A stretch of 63,753 nucleotides of DNA, counting the filler, from Octopus bimaculoides (Eukaryota): the NCBI RefSeq assembly GCF_001194135.2. It is 4 parts of 4 records of this genome, joined end to end, with 100 filler letters (N's around TTAATTAATTAA, not from the genome) between each part and the next. Parts side by side here need not be neighbours in the genome. Positions count along the whole stretch, not along the records: positions 1 to 31,096 come from NC_069003.1; positions 31,197 to 39,453 come from NC_068991.1; positions 39,554 to 61,645 come from NC_069006.1; 1 more part is not named here. One strand, 5' to 3'. Under the pieces are notes generated by a model. It saw nothing but the letters and a program-made list of their open reading frames with translations, ran no database searches and had not been told where the DNA came from. Below, in pieces: positions 29,807 through 40,164 of the stretch. Numbering within the stretch: the first letter of the stretch is position 1; the number at the start of each line of letters is the position of its first letter. The translations under genes and the position numbers were made by a program.

Positions 29807-30095
29807 GGGGTGGGGATATGTATGTATAGATATGTATGTATGTCTATATATATGCGTATGTGTGTGTGCGTGTGAATATGGTTGTGTGTAAATATTGACA
29901 GAAAGAAAGAGAGATACATATGCTTAAAATAAACGTATGCATACATGTAGATACATGCATATCCATACACACACACACACACACACATCCACACATGCAC
30001 ATATATACGTAGGTAGATGTAAATAGTCACAGGTAGGTACACAGAGACACACATACACACACACACACATATAGAGCCGCACACAGAGACTGACA

Positions 30096-30127
<32 letters not shown>

Positions 30128-30679
30128 TTCTAACTCTCCTGTCAGAAGTTGCAGGAAAATGAAATCCAACGAAGCAGCATGTGAGATCGAACACGGCATG
30201 TCGTAAACTGGTTCTGCTTGAATTTCGCTTCATCTTACCTCACAGCTGATACTACTATTACTACTACTACTACCGCTGCTGCTACTACTACTACACCTGC
30301 TGCTGCTGCTGTCACCGGAATTTACGAAACACGTGACAGCTCTCTTTCTCCAAACCTGATCTTGTCACGTGACACATTCAAGTCGCACGACTTTCATGAA
30401 GTGATTGATTTTCTTCCTGCATTCTTTTTGTATTTCTTTGTTCTTTTCTTTCGTCTTTTTTATTTATTTAGTTATTTTGTTTTGTTTTGTTTAGACTAAC
30501 ATGAATTATGGAATGTCTGGTCTTGTAGCATACGTGACCTTCATGCTGTATCGCTGTGACACCTGATCTTTGCATGTGTGTGTGTGTGTATACATATATT
30601 TATTTAAATATGTATACACACACAAACACACCAACACAGCCATACGTACACACAAACAACCACAGGCACACACACATTT

Positions 30680-30865
30680 TCCTTTACTTGTTTCAGTCAT
30701 TTGACTGCGGCCTTGCTGGAGCATCGCTCTAGTCGAACAAATCGACCCCAGGACTTATTCTTTGTAAACTTAGTACTTATTCTATCAGATCTTTGGCCGA
30801 ATCGCTACGTCACGAGGACGTAAACACACCGAGATCGGTTGTCAAACGACGGTGGGCGACAATCA

Positions 30866-30901
<36 letters not shown>

Positions 30902-31030
30902 GGGCTTCTTTCAGTTTCCGTCTACCAAATCCACCCACAAGGCTTTGGTTGGCCCGAGGCTATAGCGGAAAATTTGCCCAAGTTGCCACGCAGTGGGACT
31001 GAACCCAGAACCATTTGGTTTGGAAGCAAT
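30680..31030 (-). mobile_element. SINE family B, near full length, with internal (TA)n
   Basis: Minus strand: ggtaagaagattgcttcc...gggttcagtcccactgcgtggc...ggatttggtagacggaaactgaaagaagcccg-(TA)n-...gaataagtcctggggtcgatttgttcgactag...ccgcagtcaaatgactgaaac. Confidence 0.8.
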
Positions 31031-31196
31031 CTTCTTACCATACAGCACATCTGTATATATTATATACGCTAATGACGAGTATGATATTATATATATNNNN
31101 NNNNNNNNNNNNNNNNNNNNNNNNNNNNNNNNNNNNNNNNTTAATTAATTAANNNNNNNNNNNNNNNNNNNNNNNNNNNNNNNNNNNNNNNNNNNN

Positions 31197-31400
31197 CCTG
31201 GAGACAGTCTCTTTACGTGTTTAGCTGTCTCTCTCCATCTTTCGGACTTACACTCGACAGCTCGCTCACATCTACATAACAACGTCCCAACAACTATGCT
31301 CACACACATAGAAGCTGTAACAACAAGAGCTAAAGATGTATATATTTACCACCTGAATAAAATGTTGTTTAAGTTGATAGTCTGGAGTTCAGCGTTCCGT
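31197..31400 (+). mobile_element. Possible LTR remnant upstream of the Gypsy fragment
   Basis: Non-microsatellite segment with AATAAA near its 3' end, next to the pol fragment; left end lost in a gap. No second LTR is visible to confirm it. Confidence 0.3.
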
Positions 31401-31518
31401 TATATTCTTAATTTTATATAGGAAAGTCAGGTATACATCTAATGATGTATAACCCACTTTCCTATAGATACAATGAAACATATTTTAAAGAAGAGGATCC
31501 ACCATGTTAAGAACTTGA

Positions 31519-32010
31519 TGGGGGCTGCGCTCAATCGAGATCCGGATGGATTCGGCCACCGTGGTCGGCTGGGTAGGAACAGTGGTTACCAGTGAGAAGA
31601 GAGTCCGGACGAAAGGTGCCGCGGAGATGTTGGTGAAACGCCGCCTAGGAGTTCTGGGAGAGCTGATCGCCGAGTTCGGACTGAAGCTGAACGTGGTTTT
31701 TGTACCTTCGGAGAGAAACAGGGCGGACACACTGACCAGGGTGAAAAGGGCGTGTCGGCTGGGTGACTCCGAACTGAAGAAGCTACATGCTATGCACCAC
31801 TTGGGGGTGGATAGGACCCTGTATCTAGCGAAGATGATTGATGCTGACGTCACTAGGAGAAGCATCAAGAAAGTGGTCGGGAACTGTGACAGATGCCAGC
31901 CCATTGACCCCGACCCGGGTGGGCATGAGCAAGGGAACCTCTCAATAGAGCGAAACTGGAGGAGACTAGCTGTGGATGTGACGCACTACCGTCAGGGAAT
32001 GTATCTCACC
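31519..32010 (+). mobile_element. Ty3/Gypsy-like LTR retrotransposon pol fragment (RNase H C-terminus, HHCC zinc finger, start of integrase core)
   Basis: In-frame WGLRSIEIRMDSATV...SERNRADTLTR (RNase H end), LHAMHHLGVDRT...CDRC (integrase Zn finger), WRRLAVDVTHY (first catalytic Asp). RNaseH-then-integrase order fits Gypsy. GC-rich island, truncated at both ends. Confidence 0.85.
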
Positions 32011-32130
32011 AAGAAATATATTTTGTATTTTCAAGTTATATTTTTTATTAAAATACCTAGTTATATAAATAAATCGGTCAGTTATCTTAGTTTTTGCTGT
32101 TCTGTATTCATTTATCTATAACTGAAATAC

Positions 32131-32825
32131 TTGAGAAGACCCGGCAAGCCAAGTGAGACCAAAATCCAAGGCCTCTGCCAGGGGTGTAGCCAGCCCACTT
32201 ATGCGTACCTTTCCTTCATTGGACACTAAACTCCGCTTGCGAAGACCTGTTGAGTCAAGTGAAATCGAAATCGAACTAAATTCGATGACTGGCACCCATG
32301 CCAACGTCTCCTTCATTGGACACTAAACTCAGCTTGCAAAGACCTGTTGGGACAAGCGAAATCGTGATGGCACCTGTACCAGTGGAGCGCTAAGAGCACC
32401 GTTCAAGTGTGATCGTTGCCAGAGCAGCTGTCTGGCTTCCGTGCCAGTGACACGTAAATAGCACCATTTGAGCGTAATCGTTACCAGCGTCGCCTTGCTG
32501 GCACTTGTGCCGGTGGCACGTGAAAAGACATTCGAGCAAGATCGTTGCCAGTGCCGCTGGACTGGCTCCTGTGCAGGTGGCACGTAAAATACAGCATTTT
32601 GAGCGTGGCTGTTGCCAGTACCGCCTGACTGGCCTTCATGCCGGTGGCAATTAAAAGCACCCACTACACTCTCGGAGTGGTTGGCGTTGGGAAGGGCATC
32701 CAGCTGTTGAAACTCTGCCAGATCAGACTGGAGCCTAGTGCAGCCATCTGGTTCACCAGTCCTCAGTCAAATCGTCCAACCCATGCTAGCATGGAAAGCG
32801 GACGTTAAACGATGATGATGATGAT
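32131..32825 (+). mobile_element. Non-LTR retroposon fragment with RTE-like 3' tail
   Basis: GC-richer segment with an internal repeat (ccttcattggacactaaactc twice) ending cccatgctagcatggaaagcggacgttaaac(gat)n. A related inverted tail lies at about 37550-37650. RTE assignment is from recalled family features. Confidence 0.55.
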
Positions 32826-33351
32826 ATTTCAACAAGCCACGCAAGTCTGAAAAGCAGGCGTAAAATGATGATGATGATGAACAGCAACATAATTTTAATC
32901 TAATACAAGTAAACTTTCTCATGTTAGATAATAACAACAACAACGACAACAAACTTGAATTGTCCCTTATCACAAACAAGCGACCCGCAGTACACCTTAA
33001 AAAAAGTCTCCGACTGCTGTCATGAAAGCTTACAAGAAACTGAAATGGCACGTTAAACTCAAACATCACCTCCAGTTCTTATACGCAGGCTGCAGAAAAG
33101 AAATGCTTGTCTTACTAGCTGTGAGACTCACAAAAATAGAAATGAAAACATGAAAATTTCTCTTGTTCGTTATAAAGATGAAATTACTCATTAGCACGTG
33201 AGCTTACGATGCGCCGACCATCGGGAAATACATGTTGTGAGATGTTTATGTAGTTCTTACGCACCTTCGTTCGACAAACGTCAGAACTGTATAAATCTGT
33301 GTTGTGAAAAGCTGTGTCAGTCCTGGTTCCTGTTGAAATCTCAGTATATTA

Positions 33352-34546
33352 ATGATGTTATTGACAATTTTGGCAGGTGTAGCCATCACAATTATTTTAC
33401 CATTATCGATTCGCTACTATATGAAAGGAGCCACCTGCACCAGCCCTGTTAAACTGGAAGGCAAAACAGTTATTATTACTGGAGCTAACTGTGGAATTGG
33501 ATTCGAAACAGCCCGTAATTTATTACAACGAGGGGCTCGAGTGATCCTCGCATGTCGGGACGTAAATAAGGCAAAATCGGCTGCGAAACAATTAAGTGAA
33601 TTAGGTTCAGGTGTTGTACTTGTTGAAAAACTTGATCTCTCAAGCTTCGATTCCATCCGGACATTCTGCAAGAATATTAAGCAACATATAACCTCTTTGG
33701 ATATCCTTATAAACAATGCGGGTGTTTATTTCCACCCGTATGCTAAGACAGAGGATGGCCTGGAAATGCATATGGGGGTCAATTATTTTGGTCCTTTCCT
33801 TTTGACACATCTTCTACTGGAGTTATTTAAAAACTCTGATTCACCCCGCGTCATTTTTGTCGGGAGTATGCTTTACAAAAACGGGAAAATCGATTTTAAC
33901 AACATGAATAGACAGGAGTTTTTTCATCAACACGGTGCCTACTGTGACAGNNNNNNNNNNNNNNNNNNNNNNNNNNNNNNNNNNNNNNNNNNNNNNNNNN
34001 NNNNNNNNNNNNNNNNNNNNNNNNNNNNNNNNNNNNNNNNNNNNNNNNNNNNNNNNNNNNNNNNNNNNNNNNNNNNNNNNNNNNNNNNNNNNNNNNNNNN
34101 NNNNNNNNNNNNNNNNNNNNNNNNNNNNNNNNNNNNNNNNNNNNNNNNNNNNNNNNNNNNNNNNNNNNNNNNNNNNNNNNNNNNNNNNNNNNNNNNNNNN
34201 NNNNNNNNNNNNNNNNNNNNNNNNNNNNNNNNNNNNNNNNNNNNNNNNNNNNNNNNNNNNNNNNNNNNNNNNNNNNNNNNNNNNNNNNNNNNNNNNNNNN
34301 NNNNNNNNNNNNNNNNNNNNNNNNNNNNNNNNNNNNNNNNNNNNNNNNNNNNNNNNNNNNNNNNNNNNNNNNNNNNNNNNNNNNNNNNNNNNNNNNNNNN
34401 NNNNNNNNNNNNNNNNNNNNNNNAACCAATCTGGTTACTACTACAGTGAATGCCGGAGACACGAATGGGCAAAGCAGGCACTGGATAAACAACTTGCTAA
34501 AAAGTTGTGGAACTTCAGCGAAAAAGTTACTGGATTAACCGAATGA
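33352..34546 (+). CDS. Retinol dehydrogenase 11/12/13/14-like classical SDR, copy 1 (interrupted by assembly gap 33951-34423)
   Basis: ATG at 33352; hydrophobic N-terminal anchor; TGANCGIG (TGxxxGxG), ACRD (basic residue typical of NADP(H) preference), NNAG, GVNYFG, catalytic S172 and Y197 (AYCDS before the gap). After the gap, NQSGYYYSEC...KLWNFSEKVTGLTE* is identical to copy 2. Confidence 0.9.
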
Positions 34547-35809
34547 AAATCTTAACAATTGATCTCTCATCAAATTATAATGTAACGCTACCCTTCTTTT
34601 CTGTGGAATAATTAAAAAAAAATAATAACGAAAGAAGAAAGACCTCAGATGCAATTAATATAAAAATCTTGTTCGTCAGGAAATTAAAGAATTCGATAAC
34701 AGTTTAGTTTTTAAGAAATACTGATTCGATCTTGGAAGGTGTGAAGTATCATTCATTTAATACAACAGAACCCTTGCAGGGAACAAAGAAAGTATCTTGT
34801 ATTTTAACGTATGTTTCCTTTTCTGAATGAAATCAACGGCGACTTAATTGTTGATGTTACATGACGGTTATGGAAATATTTATTTGTTTGTTTATTATCG
34901 ATCATGATCAGTGATATTGGAATATCCAAGACTGGCTTTACTAATTGAATGAGAACATTTTCAAACCAAATATTTGACAGTCCGTGCTGAGGTAATGTTC
35001 ATACGAATGTGTTGAATTTTAACATCTTTCTAGTTGTTTTTGTTTCGTCGTGCTTTTAAGAAATCAGAATTTTCTGTATTTAATTAGTATAAAGAAAAGC
35101 ATTCCTGCCGGGACCAAAAGCTAAGCCTAATAACTCTTAACGAATCATACGTTTCGGTAATTGTATTAAATGCAGTTAAATACTGCCGAATGAAGAAAAG
35201 GCAAACCTAAATGTGACCGTCAAGTATTTGTTTTGAAAAGTTTTCGTGTTGGACTTTAAATCCAGGAGTCTCTGATTTATTTAATGAGGGTTCCGCGTAG
35301 GAAGATCACTGATCCCAAATTGTAACACAAATATATGGTTTAATGAACATCATTTTCAAAACTTTCTTACACGACTTTGGAAGTTAGGTATAACAGTTTT
35401 TAGNNNNNNNNNNNNNNNNNNNNNNNNNNNNNNNNNNNNNNNNNNNNNNNNNNNNNNNNNNNNNNNNNNNNNNNNNNNNNNNNNNNNNNNNNNNNNNNNN
35501 NNNNNNNNNNNNNNNNNNNNNNNNNNNNNNNNNNNNNNNNNNNNNNNNNNNNNAATATCGTGTCTATATGGTTTTATACCATGTCGTTCTATATGATGTG
35601 TGTATTATTACGATGGAATTCAGTTGTTGAAATGTTTCAAGCTCGGATTCAGTATCTTAAATTTGCTATGTTCCAGGGCAAAAATACAAAATCAATTACC
35701 TTAGAAATTTCAATCGACTTTTTATTCTGCCAATAAAATCCTTTTTTTTTTTTAAACGATGGTATTTTCTAAGTGTCTTTTTATGAAAGGCATACCTTTC
35801 ATCTTTTAC

Positions 35810-36190
35810 TTGAGTGAGTCATTGGACTCTGGCCATGCTGGGGCACTACCCTCAAGGATAGAGTTGAACAAATCAACCTACACACTTATTTATTTTTTTG
35901 TGCCTGGTACTTATTCTATCAGTTTCTTTTGCCATATTGTTAAGTTATGGAGAAGTAAACAAACCAACACTGGTTGTTAAGAGATGGGCAGAAACAAATA
36001 CAATGGTACACTTGCACACGCATATATGACAGGCTTCCACACAGTTTCTGTCTGCCAAATACCTTCACAGGCATAGCTTGGCCTGAGGCTATAGTAGAAG
36101 ACAATAGCCCAAAGTACCGTGCCATGCGACTGAACCTGAAACCGCGAGGTTACAAACCAAGCTTCTTAACTATACAGCCATACCTGCACC
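35810..36190 (-). mobile_element. SINE family B, minus strand, between the SDR copies
   Basis: ggccatgctggggcac...tacttattctatcagtttc...aagcttcttaactatacagccat. Confidence 0.65.
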
Positions 36191-36644
36191 TAATTGTATA
36201 TGACTTGTAAATAATGATTTCTGAAATAAGAGCGAACTTTTAGAGGAAGAAAAGAACTGAATTCATTGATTAATATATATTTGACTGACAGTGGAAAAAG
36301 GAAAAGCTAAGTCAACTTTGGTAGGGTATGAACTGGCAAATTACCATATATTCAGGCAAATAAGGTGCACCTCCATTTTGGCAGGCCTGACCTGTGGAGG
36401 AGAAAAAAACTGCACCTGACCCCGAATTGCCAAGCTGAATATCTCACATTTTCATGTATAGGAACACTGAAAATTTAAACTGATGCCCTTTCGGTGAGCT
36501 ATTGTGGTAGGTTAAGTTCCAATACTTACCTTAACACAATCGAATTTCACCTCTGTCCTCCACTGTCACCTGTATTGTCTATTAATAACAGGAACCAAGT
36601 CTACTCAGAGCCTGACCTTCAGTATGTAAGGTGCAGGGGTTCTT

Positions 36645-36974
36645 TTGGAATGTATTTTGGAGGGAAAATATGTGCCAAATATGTCCAGTGCCAATACATC
36701 CAATTCGATACCAGACTTGGATGAAGATGAGATTTTTCAGCATGACGGAGCTCCATGCCACAGATTGCATGCAACACAACAGAGTCTGGCTGATGAAGGT
36801 GTTACCGTATTGAAAAATTGGCCAATTCAAAGCCCTGATTTAAATATCATCTAGTAAATTTGGACAGAACTAAAGAGAACAGTTTGTCAGAAGAATCCAC
36901 GCAATTCGTACGCGTCTCTTCCCAGGCGCATTGAAACAATTATTGAGGCTAAGGGAAGCCACACAAAATGTTAA
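36645..36974 (+). mobile_element. Tc1-family DDE transposase C-terminal remnant (pseudogenised)
   Basis: IFQHDGAPCH...WPIQSPDLNII* then IWTELKR...SLPRRIETIIEAKGSHTKC*, matching Tc1 motifs FQQDNAPCH, WPxQSPDLNPIE and MPRR...KGGHTKY. Catalytic Glu position is TAG; internal deletion after KNPRNS. TIR-like end gatttgtacggtactgta near 37278-37295. Confidence 0.85.
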
Positions 36975-37740
36975 CAATGTACAGTAACTTCTTAAAACGA
37001 ACATTATGTAATAAATTTTCATTATAGACATTTTTCTGTTTGAAAACGCTGTATCTTGATTGGTTTATGTGAGGCAGCCCCAAATTGTTGCACGGTCATT
37101 TTTGGTTGTCGTCTCACATCTTTCCGTTTCATTCAGAACACCTACTACAAAATATAAAGATTGAGTATGGACACGGCTCCAGCAGGGCCAATGTTTTAAA
37201 CTATAAAAATCACAATACGAAACATCCACTTATAAGTTGGCTATTAGTAGAAATTTACAGTAGTCTAAAGTGACTGAGATTTGTACGGTACTGTATTATA
37301 GTGGTTGAATAAATATAGATCGATAAAATGAGTACTAGACTGAAATGAATACTGGGGTTGAACTGCTTAACTTAAATTTATTGATATGTTACTGTAGCTT
37401 ACTTCCAATGATTGAAGTTAGTAAAAAAGTTCTGATACATAGTACAAGAAATTTACTTTTGGTACATAACCATATTATATACATTAGCCGCACACTCTTA
37501 AATATACCTTAATATAGTAAATTAATACTTGTATTTATTTGAAGTACATTTATTCTCCACGCTTGCATGGGTCAGACAGAATTTGTTGAGGCAGATTTTC
37601 TATAGCTGAATAGTCTTCCTTTTGTCAACCCTCACCTGTTTCTAAGTGAGGTAATGAAAAGCAGGCGTATGATGATGATGATGCTGAACAACATAATTTT
37701 TATCTAATACAATTAAACTTTCTCATGTTCAATAATAACA

Positions 37741-37883
37741 TGAAGAAGTCTCCCTTCCATACACATGCAAGCATGTATCTGACTCATACACTGTTCACTT
37801 TCCAGATATTTGTACAATACTACATATGCTTTATACGCACTTTTGACAAGTTGTAGTGCACCTGAGCACTGTATACAATAATT

Positions 37884-37915
<32 letters not shown>
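37741..37915 (+). mobile_element. 5'-truncated LINE 3' end inserted upstream of SDR copy 2
   Basis: About 175 bp absent from the homologous position upstream of copy 1; ends in (ATT)n; flanked by ATAACA at 37735-37740 and 37916-37921 (candidate TSD). Confidence 0.65.
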
Positions 37916-37918
<3 letters not shown>

Positions 37919-38342
37919 ACAACAAACTTGAATTGTCCCCTATCACAAACAAGCGGGCCTCAGTACACTGTAAAAAAAAAGTCTCCGACTGCTGTCAAGC
38001 ACGCTGGTAGCAAATAAATTACGAGAAACCTAAATGTTAAACCCAAACATCGCCTGCAGTTCTTATGCGCAGGCTGCGGAAAATAAATGCTTGTCCTTCC
38101 AGCTGAGTGTGAGATTCAGAAAAATGGAGATGAAAATATTTAAATTTGTCTTGTTCATTATAAAGATGAACTTACACGTTTCCACGTGAGCTTACTTACA
38201 ATGCGCCGATTGTGAAGAAGTACATGTTGTGAGATCATTATGTAGTTCTCACGCACCTTTGTACTATAAACGTCAGAACTGTAAAATCTGTGCCGTGAAA
38301 AGGTGTGTTAGTCCTAGTTTCTATCGAAATCTCAGTATATTA

Positions 38343-39290
38343 ATGATGTTGTTGACAATTTTGGCAGGTGTAGCCATAACAATTATTTTACCATTATCGA
38401 TTCGCTACTATATGAAAGGAGCCACCTGCACCAGCCCTGTTAAACTGGAAGGCAAAACAGTTATTGTTACTGGAGCTAACTGTGGAATCGGATTCGAAAC
38501 AGCCCGTAATTTATTACAACGAGGGGCTCGAGTGATCCTCGCATGTCGGGACGTAAATAAGGCAAAATCGGCTGCGAAACAATTAAGTGAATTAGGTTCA
38601 GGTGTTGTACTTGTTGAAAAACTTGATCTCTCAAGCTTCGATTCCATCCGGACATTCTGCAAGAATATTAAACAACATATAACCTCTTTGGATATCCTTA
38701 TAAACAACGCGGGTGTTTATTTCCACCCGTATGCTAAGACAGAGGATGGCCTAGAAATGCATATGGGGGTCAATTATTTTGGTCCTTTCCTTTTGACACA
38801 TCTTCTACTGGAGTTATTAAAAAAGTCTGATTCACCCCGCGTCATTTTTGTTGGGAGTGCGATTTACAAATACGGGAAAATCGATTTTAACAACACGAAC
38901 AGACAAACGTTTTACCAAAAACACAGTGCCTACAGTGACAGTAAGTTAGCATGTGCTTTATTTTGCCGTGAATTTCGCAATCGAATGTCAAACACTAATA
39001 TCAACATATATTATGTTCACCCAGGTGTAGTTAATACAGATATAAGTAGAAACCTTTTAAATTCATCTCTTTTGAAATCACTGGTCGATGTTTTCAAATT
39101 ACTTATAAAGAATTGCCAAGAAGGTTGTCAAACTGTTATATATTGTGCTGTTAGTGAAGAGACGAAAAACCAATCTGGTTACTACTACAGTGAATGCCGG
39201 AGACACGAATGGGCAAAGCAGGCACTGGATAAACAACTTGCTAAAAAGTTGTGGAACTTCAGCGAAAAAGTTACTGGATTAACCGAATGA
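38343..39290 (+). CDS. Retinol dehydrogenase 11/12/13/14-like classical SDR, copy 2, complete single-exon ORF of 315 aa
   Basis: Uninterrupted ORF from ATG 38343 (the track's 38229 start is a GTG). Motifs TGANCGIG, ACRD, LDLSSFDSIR, NNAG, catalytic N144/S172/YSDSK, HPGVVNT, EGCQTVIYCA, SGYYYSEC and AKKLWNFSE are characteristic of the RDH12-like SDR clade. The specific orthologue cannot be assigned by eye. Confidence 0.95.
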   Translation: MMLLTILAGVAITIILPLSIRYYMKGATCTSPVKLEGKTVIVTGANCGIGFETARNLLQRGARVILACRDVNKAKSAAKQLSELGSGVVLVEKLDLSSFDSIRTFCKNIKQHITSLDILINNAGVYFHPYAKTEDGLEMHMGVNYFGPFLLTHLLLELLKKSDSPRVIFVGSAIYKYGKIDFNNTNRQTFYQKHSAYSDSKLACALFCREFRNRMSNTNINIYYVHPGVVNTDISRNLLNSSLLKSLVDVFKLLIKNCQEGCQTVIYCAVSEETKNQSGYYYSECRRHEWAKQALDKQLAKKLWNFSEKVTGLTE

Positions 39291-40164
39291 AAATCTTAAC
39301 AATTGTTCTCTCAACAAATTATTTCTGTGGAATAATTAAAAAATAATAATAACGAAAGAAGAAAGACCTTATACTTCTCGGATGCAATTAATATAAAAAT
39401 TTTGTTCATCAGGAAATTAAAGAAATTCGATAACAGTTTAGTTTTTAAGAATTNNNNNNNNNNNNNNNNNNNNNNNNNNNNNNNNNNNNNNNNNNNNTTA
39501 ATTAATTAANNNNNNNNNNNNNNNNNNNNNNNNNNNNNNNNNNNNNNNNNNNNGTATGTATAGGTGTGTCGATACAAATTTTACAATACATTGGTGAATA
39601 TATACTGTTCATGAGCATTTAAACATCTGCCTGTATTTAAAATTTGAAACTGATATTTTTTCTTTTTTTTTTTTTTAAATATACTTCTAGTTCCTTGTCT
39701 TTATATAATTTCTTTCATTCTCTCGCAGACATTGAAACAAAGAATATTTTCTGGGCTTCCTTCCTTTTTCTATATTTTAGTCAATTTGGAAATAAATGAT
39801 TGAAATTAAACAATTGCAGAAGCTAAAAACAAAGAAAATATAATAATAATAATAATAATAATAATTAAAAAATGCGGATCAATAAATTTCTGTTCTTTAA
39901 CTTAATTGAATTTAGCAAATATAATTAACATTGTAATTAAAATGGGATGTATGAAAGTAAAAAGTTCAGTGGATGGTGATTGGAAGGAAACTCAAACGTT
40001 TGAAATTAATCATATCCGGCAAATTTGGTCATGCAAATTTGGTTCATTCAATTTCATAGGAAGAAATCATCTGTACAACACAATTGCAGAGTTCTTCAGA
40101 TTTTTTATATTCATGTTTTTTGCATTTACACTGTCTTCTTCTTCTTTTGCTATACATACTCATG

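Noticed and set aside
30218-30499. Thr/Ala-rich mucin-like ORF (Ser-rich on the opposite strand)
   Set aside because: Explained by (ACT)n/(GCT)n trinucleotide repeats; splice support is one-sided on either strand.
31141-31152. TTAATTAATTAA embedded in N runs (also 39498-39509 and 61690-61701)
   Set aside because: An identical 12-mer centred in three gaps that gives stops in all six frames; an artificial scaffolding linker, not biology.
38229-38342. 38-aa N-terminal extension of SDR copy 2
   Set aside because: It starts at GTG, the homologous region of copy 1 is not open in that frame, and the conserved ATG and membrane anchor begin at 38343.
33352-39290. SDR pair as two alleles assembled side by side
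   Set aside because: Upstream flanks differ by roughly 15-20% plus an insertion, more than expected for alleles; disfavoured, though only long reads can exclude it.
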